NCBI GenBank assembly: GCA_016199065.1
Contig: JACQHK010000053.1
Span: 1 to 63,080 of the forward strand
Direction: 5' to 3'
DNA: 63,080 nucleotides
Origin: Candidatus Microgenomates bacterium
Lineage (GTDB): Bacteria > Patescibacteriota > Microgenomatia > JACPZF01
The notes under the pieces are model-generated. The model was not told the origin of the DNA and did not search any database. It saw only the letters and a list, made by a program, of their open reading frames with translations. Below are positions 35,315 to 43,186 of this stretch, one piece after another. Position numbers and translations under genes: made by a program. Every line of letters begins with the position of its first letter. The first letter of the stretch is position 1.

Positions 35315-36823
35315 TTGGTTTTTGCTAAAATAGCATTCATGGGAAAAAAGGAAAGAAAAAGTTATCAGAAATCAGAAATTGAAATTAAACCTGGTTTACC
35401 CTCTGGTCAGGTCTTCGAGGCAAGGGAGGCAAGAAAAATTTCTTTCTCTCAGATCTTATTATCTTTTGTGATTGGTTTGTTTTTGGGACTAATCCTTCTG
35501 GCCATTTCTTATTATTGGCGTTTTGAAAAAACCTTTGACAATCGTCTTTATCCAGGAATAACAATTAATAATATTGATTTTGGAGGAAAAAGCAAGGAAG
35601 AGGTGGAGAGCTATTTTCAGAAAAAAAATTCTTTATTTAATAATACCCAAGTCGAGTTTGCACTGGAAAATAAAATACTGGCTACGGTTAGCGCGGAAGA
35701 ACTAAAGATCGGCTTTGACGAAAAACTAATTTCTCAACAGGCCTACTTATTAGGAAGAGGACCTTACTTTTTTTCCAATTTACTTTTAAAAGCTAAGACC
35801 TATCTTTATGGCATAGAGCTACCCATCGTAATTGATCTTGACAAAACGAAGGCAGAAGATGCTCTATCAAAACTTTCCCAACAAACCGATATTCCTGCCA
35901 AAAACGCGTTATTTACTTTTTCCGGCGGAAAAGTTGTTGCGTTCAATACTTCCTCTGAAGGAAAAAAACTTAACAGACAAAAAACACTCGATAATCTTTA
36001 TCTAACAATTAAAGAAAAACAAAACAGTCCGGGTAATTTATTAAAGGTCGATGTACAAGTTGAGAAAGTGTTACCCAAAGTAACTACCGAACAAGCTAAC
36101 AACTTGGGTATCAAAGAACTGATTGGTGCCGGTACTTCAACCTTTTTTCATTCAATCCCCAACCGGGTCTATAACATTGGTTTGGCTGCTTCTCGGCTCA
36201 ATGGTATTTTAATTCCACCCGATGGCATTTTTTCTTTCAATGAAAATTTGGGCGATATTAATTCTTTCACCGGCTACAAGCAGGCTTATATTATCCAAAA
36301 CGGCAAAACTATCTTAGGTGACGGTGGTGGTGTTTGCCAGGTATCTACAACATTTTTCCGGGCGGCTCTTAACTCCGGTTTGCCCATTATTGAAAGGTGG
36401 GCACATGCTTACCGGGTAGGATATTATGAACAGGATCAGCCTCCGGGACTAGATGCGACAATTTTTTCACCGACTAATGATTTAAAAATAAAAAATGACA
36501 CGCCGGGTTATATTCTAATTCAAACGGCTTTCGATCCAGAAAATTATCGATTAACCATCTATTTTTACGGGCAAAAAGATAACAGAATTGCTTTAGTTTC
36601 GAAACCGGTAATTAGTAATCAAACGCCGGCCCCTCCTGATGCCTTTCAAGATGACCCTAGTCTGCCCAAAGGACAAGTTAAACAAGTTGATTTTGCCGCT
36701 CCGGGAGCCAAGTCAGTTTTTTCTTACGAAGTTAAAAAAAACGGTTTAACTATTTTTAACAAAACTTTTGTTTCCAATTATCGACCTTGGCAGGCTATAT
36801 TTTTAAGAGGAACAAAAGAATAA
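35315..36823 (+). CDS. VanW-family protein
   Basis: GGGVCQVSTTFFRAALNSGLPIIERWAHAY is the VanW core, preceded by an N-terminal TM anchor. The start is uncertain (TTG at 35315 or ATG at 35339). Confidence 0.8.
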   Translation: MVFAKIAFMGKKERKSYQKSEIEIKPGLPSGQVFEAREARKISFSQILLSFVIGLFLGLILLAISYYWRFEKTFDNRLYPGITINNIDFGGKSKEEVESYFQKKNSLFNNTQVEFALENKILATVSAEELKIGFDEKLISQQAYLLGRGPYFFSNLLLKAKTYLYGIELPIVIDLDKTKAEDALSKLSQQTDIPAKNALFTFSGGKVVAFNTSSEGKKLNRQKTLDNLYLTIKEKQNSPGNLLKVDVQVEKVLPKVTTEQANNLGIKELIGAGTSTFFHSIPNRVYNIGLAASRLNGILIPPDGIFSFNENLGDINSFTGYKQAYIIQNGKTILGDGGGVCQVSTTFFRAALNSGLPIIERWAHAYRVGYYEQDQPPGLDATIFSPTNDLKIKNDTPGYILIQTAFDPENYRLTIYFYGQKDNRIALVSKPVISNQTPAPPDAFQDDPSLPKGQVKQVDFAAPGAKSVFSYEVKKNGLTIFNKTFVSNYRPWQAIFLRGTKE

Positions 36824-36829
36824 ATAAAC

Positions 36830-36858
36830 ATATGTCTTATGAGTCTTATAAGACATAT
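36830..36858 (+). terminator. AT-rich hairpin after the VanW gene
   Basis: ATATGTCTTAT-N7-ATAAGACATAT, an 11-bp perfect stem. Confidence 0.4.
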
Positions 36859-36884
36859 ATGACCTATAAGACAAATTATTTTGT

Positions 36885-37370
36885 ATGCATAACAAAATTG
36901 TTAAATTTACCAATCTGTCATCTCTGATAGAAAAGATTAAGAAACGAGGCAAATCCATTGTCCTGGTAGGCGGGTGTTTCGATATTCTCCATATAGGACA
37001 TTTACGTTTTTTAACTTCAGCTAAAAAAACAGCCGACCGGCTTTTAGTCGCACTGGAGGCCGATGAAAAAGTTAAAGATTTAAAAGGTCCAAACAGGCCA
37101 ATTCATTCACAAAAAGAACGGGCCGAAATCCTTGCGGCACTTTCTGATATAGATTATGTATTAATGTTGCCTAAATTTTCTGGTGACAGGGATTATTTTA
37201 ATCTGGTAGATATCGTCAGACCGGAAATCGTGGCAGTTACCAAAAACGACCCTGCACTAACAAAAAAGAAAGAACAGCTAAAAAAAATCGGTGGCCAGTT
37301 AAAAATAGTTACTCCCCGTATTTCCACCTACTCAACGTCACACCTGGCAAAATTATTAAAAATTGACTAA
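36885..37370 (+). CDS. Cytidylyltransferase-like nucleotidyltransferase (RfaE domain II / TagD family)
   Basis: VLVGGCFDILHIGHLRFL contains the HxGH motif. Confidence 0.75.
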   Translation: MHNKIVKFTNLSSLIEKIKKRGKSIVLVGGCFDILHIGHLRFLTSAKKTADRLLVALEADEKVKDLKGPNRPIHSQKERAEILAALSDIDYVLMLPKFSGDRDYFNLVDIVRPEIVAVTKNDPALTKKKEQLKKIGGQLKIVTPRISTYSTSHLAKLLKID

Positions 37371-38442
37371 ACCTATGCTCATTTTAGCAATAGAAACTTC
37401 CTGTGACGAAACGGCCGTTGCCTTGGTAGAAAACGGCACAAAAATTGTTTCTTCTGTTCTCTCCTCGTCTCAAGATCTGCACAAAAAGACCGGAGGCGTA
37501 ATACCGGAACAAGCTGCCCGAGAACAGATCAAATGCATGATTCCTGTTCTTGACGAAGCATTAAAGGTAGCTTTTTCCAACAGAACTTTATCAGAAACAG
37601 TTTCTCAAATTGATGCTTTGGCAGTAACTTATGGTCCGGGCTTAATAGGTTCGTTGTTAATAGGCATAGAAACAGCCAAAACCCTTTCCTACCTCTGGCA
37701 AAAACCCCTCATACCCGTTAATCATTTAATTGCCCATTTATATGCCAATTGGTTAGAAAATAACAAAGTAAATTATATAAAACCAAACACTGACGTTTTT
37801 CCGGCGCTTTGTCTGGTAGTTTCCGGCGGACATACCGATCTGGTGTTGATGAAAAACCACGGACAACTATCCTATCTGGGTGGAACCAGGGATGATGCTG
37901 CAGGTGAGGCTTTTGACAAAACCGCGAGACTCTTAGGACTGGCCGGTTTTATGGGAGGTCCGGCCATAGCCGCTGCTGCCGAAAAATATCGACAACAGTC
38001 TGAAAAAAATTTACCGAAAATAACGTTGCCCAGACCAATGATCAACAGCGAAGATTTTGATTTTTCTTTTAGCGGTTTAAAAACTGCCGTGGTAAACGAA
38101 GTAAAAAAACTGCAGCAGACTAACGACTTCAATACGCAAACTATAAATGCCCTCTCCTACGAAATACAGGAAGCAATCACTGATGTTTTTGAAAAGAAAA
38201 TATTTAAAGCCCTTAACGTTTTTAAACCAAAAGCTTTCCTGGTTGCCGGAGGAGTATCGGCAAATTTAGTTTTAAGGGAAAAACTAAAAAACGTCTGTGC
38301 CAAAACCAAAGTACAATTTTTTGTTCCGCCAATTAGGCTCTGTAACGACAACGCTGCTTATATCGGCTCTTATGCTTTTTTTAATTATCATCCTGCACCC
38401 TTGCTAAAAATTTCTGCAAATCCCACCCTCGAGATTATCTAA
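37363..38442 (+). CDS. tsaD: tRNA N6-adenosine threonylcarbamoyltransferase
   Basis: ILAIETSCDETAVALV, VSGGHT and GGVSAN motifs. Confidence 0.9.
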   Translation: MTKPMLILAIETSCDETAVALVENGTKIVSSVLSSSQDLHKKTGGVIPEQAAREQIKCMIPVLDEALKVAFSNRTLSETVSQIDALAVTYGPGLIGSLLIGIETAKTLSYLWQKPLIPVNHLIAHLYANWLENNKVNYIKPNTDVFPALCLVVSGGHTDLVLMKNHGQLSYLGGTRDDAAGEAFDKTARLLGLAGFMGGPAIAAAAEKYRQQSEKNLPKITLPRPMINSEDFDFSFSGLKTAVVNEVKKLQQTNDFNTQTINALSYEIQEAITDVFEKKIFKALNVFKPKAFLVAGGVSANLVLREKLKNVCAKTKVQFFVPPIRLCNDNAAYIGSYAFFNYHPAPLLKISANPTLEII

Positions 38443-38486
38443 AAAACGACACGCTTGACTCTCTTTGGAAATTTTTAGCCTCCAAT

Positions 38487-39143
38487 TTAACGATAGTTAG
38501 GGATTTTAAAGGCTGAGGGACAAAGTTCGTTTAAAGGACATTTACTGCAAAATGGTCCTTTGGCAACACAAATTTCCCGTCCGAAATCAATAATACGATA
38601 GGTAAAAGAAAACCATTCTTCCTTGGGTAATAACGACATCAGGTCCTTTTCAATTTTTACCGGATCTGTATTTTTGGTTAAACCGAGTCGTTGTGAAACT
38701 CGGGAAACGTGCGTGTCTACAGCAATTCCTACCACGATATTAAACGCGTTTCCTAAAACGACATTGGCAGTCTTTCTTGCCACCCCCGACAAAGAGACTA
38801 ATTCCTCCATTGTTTTTGGTACTTTTCCTCCGAATTTTTCTTTGATCAGCTTGGCGGTTGCTAAAATATTTTTAGCTTTGGCGTGATAAAAACCGGTTGA
38901 GTGAATATCTTTTTCAAATTCTGTTGCTTCTGCTTTCACATAGTCGTCCAGAGTTTTATATTTTTGCCAAAGTTTGGCCGTTACTTCGTTGACTTTCTTG
39001 TCAGTACATTGGGCAGATAAAATCACCGCCACCAATAATTCCCAATCGTTTTTAAAATTCAAAACTATCTTGGCATGAGGATAGTACTTCTTTAAAATCT
39101 CTAAAATTTTATGAATACTTACTTTCTGATCCATTAAGAGCAT
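38487..39143 (-). CDS. nth: Endonuclease III
   Basis: HhH-GPD region (LVSLSGVARKTANVVL) and a C-terminal 4Fe-4S cluster (C-x6-C-x2-C-x5-C). Confidence 0.9.
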   Translation of the reverse strand: MLLMDQKVSIHKILEILKKYYPHAKIVLNFKNDWELLVAVILSAQCTDKKVNEVTAKLWQKYKTLDDYVKAEATEFEKDIHSTGFYHAKAKNILATAKLIKEKFGGKVPKTMEELVSLSGVARKTANVVLGNAFNIVVGIAVDTHVSRVSQRLGLTKNTDPVKIEKDLMSLLPKEEWFSFTYRIIDFGREICVAKGPFCSKCPLNELCPSAFKIPNYR

Positions 39144-39153
39144 TATACAAAAT

Positions 39154-39182
39154 TTGCCTTAGTCAAAAGCTTTAAGTATAAT
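39154..39182 (+). promoter_or_regulatory. Sigma70-type promoter for the valS leader
   Basis: TTGCCT-N17-TATAAT. Confidence 0.5.
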
Positions 39183-39189
39183 TTGATAA

Positions 39190-39565
39190 TGAGTTACAAA
39201 ATTCCTACCAACGCTTTACCAAAACCAGGATTTGTTAAAGAAACTAGAAGAGTATCGCTACGCGAATCTGTTCGAACATTGGGAGAGAATGTCGTACGGG
39301 GGCTTAGGGTCATTGTTGAAAAAAGAAAACCCTTAAACGCAGGTACTGAGCACTTATTAAGAACAACTGTTGGTCAGCGAGAAAGAGAACCGAGGCTTTA
39401 AATTTCAGGATTAATGTCACCTGAAATATTTGGGAAGAAACCCCGTTAATAAATCGGGGGAGTAGAACCCAACGGGTATGCCCGAGATAGCTGGAAATAA
39501 GATAAACAAAGGTGGTACCGTGAATTAAACACTCACCCTTTAAGAAAGGATTTGGGTGTTTTTTA
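39190..39565 (+). promoter_or_regulatory. T-box leader (tRNA-sensing riboswitch) upstream of valS
   Basis: T-box sequence AAAGGTGGTACCGTG at 39508..39522 (consensus AGGGUGGNACCGCG), with a UGGU bulge. A competing terminator follows. The 5' boundary is approximate. Confidence 0.8.
39527..39565 (+). terminator. T-box terminator hairpin
   Basis: AAACACTCACCC...GGGTGTTTTTT, with an inner CCTTT-AAG-AAAGG stem. The 5' strand can alternatively pair with the T-box AAAGG to form the antiterminator. Confidence 0.7.
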
Positions 39566-39636
39566 TTGGAAAAAGATATATCAAATATGACATATTAGAT
39601 ATAGGTGACATATTTGCTGATTATTTATTAAAAAAC

Positions 39637-41838
39637 ATGATGGACAAAATTTATCAACCAAAAACAGCCGAAGAAAAATGGTATAAATTTTGGGAAGAAG
39701 GTGGATATTTCAAACCAAACGAAAAGAACAAAAAACCTTTTACCATAGTGCTTCCTCCCCCCAATGCCAATGCTCCGCTTCATATGGGACATGCGATGTA
39801 CGCGGTTGAAGATATTATGATCAGATATCATCGGATGCTGGGAGATTCTACTCTTTGGCTTCCGGGAGCAGATCATGCCGGAATTGAAACGCAATATGTT
39901 TTTGAAAAGCAGCTTGCCAAAGAAGGAAAAGGCCGTTTTGACTTTTCTCGAGAGCAGCTTTACCAAATGATTTGGGATTTTGTGCAACAAAATCGCAGCA
40001 CGATGGAAAACCAACTCAGAAGGTTGGGTTTTTCGCTTGATTGGTCACGACTAATGTTTACTCTCGATCCTAAAATTGTAAAAATCGTTTATCAGACTTT
40101 TAAAAAACTTTACGACGAGGGTTTTATTTATCGAGGACAAAGGTTGGTTAATTACTGTACAAAATGCGGTACCGGATTTTCGGAACTGGAAGTAAATTAT
40201 GTTGAGCGTAACGACCCGCTTTATTACCTAAAATATGGTCCTTTTACCATCGCCACGGTTCGTCCGGAAACAAAATTTCGCGATACTGCTCTTGCTGTTA
40301 ATCCTAAAGATAAAAGATACCAAAAATATTTGGGCAAAACTCTGGAGATTCCCGGACTTCTGGGCAACATAAAAATGATGGTCATTGCTGATCCGGAAGT
40401 TGATCCTAAATTTGGCACCGGTATTATGAAAGTTACGCCCGCCCACGATCCGCACGATTTTGAATTAGGAAAAAAATATAACTTACCTATAACTCCGATT
40501 ATTGATTTTAACGGAAGGATGAATTTTTCCTGGTATTTGTCACAAAAAAAGACGCCGAAAAAATACAAGCAAAGAGCTGAGAAATATCATGGCAAGAAGG
40601 TGGCTGAGGCTCGAAAATTAATGGTCGAAGATCTAAAAGAAGACGGACTACTTCTTAAAGTTGACGAAAACTATTCTCACCGGATCGGAACGTGTTATAA
40701 AACCGGCACAGTGCTCGAACCACTCCCTATGGAGCAATGGTTTATGAAAATACCCGAGTTGTCCAAAACTGCTCTTAACGCCATCAATAAAGGTAAAATT
40801 AAATTTCAACCGCAACGCTTTAAAAAAACTGCTCTGGATTGGTTAAAAAATTTTCATGACTGGAACATTGGCCGGCAAATTGTTTGGGGGATACGAATAC
40901 CCGCTTGGAAATGTCAAAATTGCCAGCGGTGGATCATTACTGCAGGAGAAATACCTCGAGATTGTCCTAATTGCCAAAACACTAATTTGGTTCAGGACCC
41001 AGATACTTTTGATACCTGGTTTTCTTCCGGACAATGGCCGTTCGCCACACTAAAAAGCACCCGACCTGGTGACTTTGAAAAGTTTTACCCAACTTCCGTT
41101 ATGGAAACTGGATACGACATTTTACCCTGGTGGGTCTGCCGAATGATAATTTTCGGTCTGTACGTAACAAAAAAAGTACCGTTTTCTACTGTTTATCTTC
41201 ACGGCATCGTCAGGGACTCTAAGGGTCAAAAAATGAGTAAATCCAAAGGTAATGTGGTTAATCCCATGGAACTTGTGGAAAAATACGGTGCTGATGCTTT
41301 ACGTTTTTCCTTAATCTATGGTACTAAAGCAGGTGCTGATCAAAACCTTTCCGAGGATAAGGTACGGGCAATGAGAAATTTTGCCAATAAGTTGTGGAAC
41401 ATTGCCAGGTTTATTGAACTAAATATACAGGGACAAAAAATTGAATTTATAGAATCAAAAAAGAAATTTTCTTCTTTCGGAAAAGAAACTAAAGAATGTA
41501 CCTGGTGTTACGAAACACTCAATGAGGCTTTGAGTATGGCTAAAACCATAACAAAACAAATGGAGCAATACAAGTTCGGACAGGCTGCGGAAAGTATTTA
41601 TGCCTATACTTGGCATAAATATGCCGATCTTCGTCTGGAGGCTGCCAAAAAGATGCTGCAAGAGAATCTCTCTGATACTCCATACGTCAGGGGTACCCTG
41701 CTTATCGTGCTAGAAAAAATCTTACGACTTCTCCATCCTTTTATGCCTTTTGTAACCGAAGAAATCTGGTCCGAAATGAAGCAATATTTTGCTAATCAGC
41801 CCCAAAATCCATTAATAGTTGAGTCTTGGCCAAAATGA
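39637..41838 (+). CDS. valS: Valine--tRNA ligase
   Basis: PPPNANAPLHMGH (HIGH) and KMSKSKGN motifs. The start is moved to the ATG at 39637, because the track start at 39556 is a GTG inside the terminator stem. Confidence 0.95.
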   Translation: MMDKIYQPKTAEEKWYKFWEEGGYFKPNEKNKKPFTIVLPPPNANAPLHMGHAMYAVEDIMIRYHRMLGDSTLWLPGADHAGIETQYVFEKQLAKEGKGRFDFSREQLYQMIWDFVQQNRSTMENQLRRLGFSLDWSRLMFTLDPKIVKIVYQTFKKLYDEGFIYRGQRLVNYCTKCGTGFSELEVNYVERNDPLYYLKYGPFTIATVRPETKFRDTALAVNPKDKRYQKYLGKTLEIPGLLGNIKMMVIADPEVDPKFGTGIMKVTPAHDPHDFELGKKYNLPITPIIDFNGRMNFSWYLSQKKTPKKYKQRAEKYHGKKVAEARKLMVEDLKEDGLLLKVDENYSHRIGTCYKTGTVLEPLPMEQWFMKIPELSKTALNAINKGKIKFQPQRFKKTALDWLKNFHDWNIGRQIVWGIRIPAWKCQNCQRWIITAGEIPRDCPNCQNTNLVQDPDTFDTWFSSGQWPFATLKSTRPGDFEKFYPTSVMETGYDILPWWVCRMIIFGLYVTKKVPFSTVYLHGIVRDSKGQKMSKSKGNVVNPMELVEKYGADALRFSLIYGTKAGADQNLSEDKVRAMRNFANKLWNIARFIELNIQGQKIEFIESKKKFSSFGKETKECTWCYETLNEALSMAKTITKQMEQYKFGQAAESIYAYTWHKYADLRLEAAKKMLQENLSDTPYVRGTLLIVLEKILRLLHPFMPFVTEEIWSEMKQYFANQPQNPLIVESWPK

Positions 41839-42440
41839 AGCTGGAAGACCTTAAACAATTTCCGCATATTTTTCGCAAAATTACCGCAAAAGTCGTTTCT
41901 ATTAAACAGAACGTCGTTGTTTTTCTCCAGTCTCTGGCTCCGGAAAGGAAGCAATTCGTCATAAAGCTGTTGCCGTTGCTTTTTTTTACTGTTTATCTAC
42001 TATATGTTGTCTTCTACCCGCTCTCTGATTTTGAAAAGATAAAAAATAGGGTCATTAAAAATCCTCAAGATTTTGAGGCTCATCTACTGCTGGCCGAACA
42101 ATTTAAAAATAATCGTCAATACCTAGAAGCGCTCGCAGAAATCGATCTTGCCCTTAAGTTAACTCAAAACCCAGGCCTTCTAACAAAACGTCAGGAAATT
42201 ATTCACGAAATTAATAGACCCAAGAGACTTAAAGAGGAATTAGATTACTGGAATAGCATTATCCTTAAATTTCCCAACTATCGCGATGCCTATTTGACCA
42301 AAGCACTGCTTGAATATCGACTTAAAAATTTTTTTGCCTCGGCCAAAGGTCTGGCATTGGTTATTCGTTTTGACCCCAATTTTGAGGCCGCCCAAAAATT
42401 AAAGGGAATTTTGGAAGAGATGGGATATCAACTAAATTAG
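41835..42440 (+). CDS. TPR-repeat membrane-anchored protein
   Basis: ATGA overlap with the valS stop, one TM helix, then TPR-like repeats (AHLLLAEQFKNNRQYLEALAEIDLALKL). Confidence 0.6.
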   Translation: MKLEDLKQFPHIFRKITAKVVSIKQNVVVFLQSLAPERKQFVIKLLPLLFFTVYLLYVVFYPLSDFEKIKNRVIKNPQDFEAHLLLAEQFKNNRQYLEALAEIDLALKLTQNPGLLTKRQEIIHEINRPKRLKEELDYWNSIILKFPNYRDAYLTKALLEYRLKNFFASAKGLALVIRFDPNFEAAQKLKGILEEMGYQLN

Positions 42441-43144
42441 CTGGTAGGTTTTTCTTCGGCTTTCTCGGTCGATTTTGGTTCTTCTTTCACTGCAGCTGTC
42501 TCGCTTTCAACCACTTCGCCCTCTTTAGCCTCAGCCGCAGCCTTTGCTTCTTCTGCTTTCAATTCTTCTTCAGCCTCCTTAGTTACCAAAGAGCCAATCT
42601 TAAAAACCAATTCTTCCTGTTTGGTCAGAATGGTAACTTTGTTTTTGTCAAAAATTAAGTCTTTCACTAAAACCGCCTGATCCACCTCTGTCAATCCTTC
42701 AATATTGGCTTCTAAGTGATCAGGTAAATCTTGAGGAAGAGCTTCAACTTCTACCTCCGACAGCGGTTGAAGCAAAACACCCCTACGCTCGGTGACTGCT
42801 GGAGATTCTCCTTTAGCCACCACTGGAACTGTAGAAGTGACTTTTTCTTTTAAGTCAACTTGATAAAAATCTGTGTGAAGAATTTGTTCTGTAAGCGGAT
42901 CTAACTGTAAATTATGAATCAGAACCGGTCTTTCTTCTTTTTCTCCTTCAACTAACAGCTCTATCAGGCCGGTTTCTCCTGTTTTACTATATACCTGTCT
43001 AAAGGTTTTTAGGTCTAATTCTAAAGAAAGCGATTTGACTTTTTTTCCGTAAAGCGTAGCCGGCACAATACCCTGTTTCCTTAGTTTTTTTACTTTTTTA
43101 CCCAAAACAGTTCGTTTTTTAACACTTAGTTTTTCTTTTTTCAT
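42437..43144 (-). CDS. rplY: 50S ribosomal protein L25 (Ctc form) with an acidic tail
   Basis: GKKVKKLRKQGIVPATLYGK, PVLIHNLQLDP and HTDFYQV. Confidence 0.85.
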   Translation of the reverse strand: MKKEKLSVKKRTVLGKKVKKLRKQGIVPATLYGKKVKSLSLELDLKTFRQVYSKTGETGLIELLVEGEKEERPVLIHNLQLDPLTEQILHTDFYQVDLKEKVTSTVPVVAKGESPAVTERRGVLLQPLSEVEVEALPQDLPDHLEANIEGLTEVDQAVLVKDLIFDKNKVTILTKQEELVFKIGSLVTKEAEEELKAEEAKAAAEAKEGEVVESETAAVKEEPKSTEKAEEKPTS

Positions 43145-43186
43145 AGGAACAAATTCTACAGAGCCTGACAGGTATTTGTCAACCGA

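Noticed and set aside
39341-39346. Firm assignment of the T-box specifier codon
   Set aside because: GGUAC can be read as GGU-A (Gly) or GUA-C (Val), and I could not establish the Stem I fold by eye. The specifier is left open rather than claimed.
39183-39401. 72-aa plus-strand ORF upstream of valS
   Set aside because: It lies within the T-box leader between the promoter and the antiterminator. It has a non-ATG start and no SD, and its basic composition is typical of translated structured RNA.
39556-39636. N-terminal extension of valS (MFFIGKRYIKYDILDIG...)
   Set aside because: The GTG start is inside the 3' strand and U-tract of the T-box terminator. The conserved ValRS N-terminus (DKIYQPKTAEEKWY) begins right after the ATG at 39637/39640.
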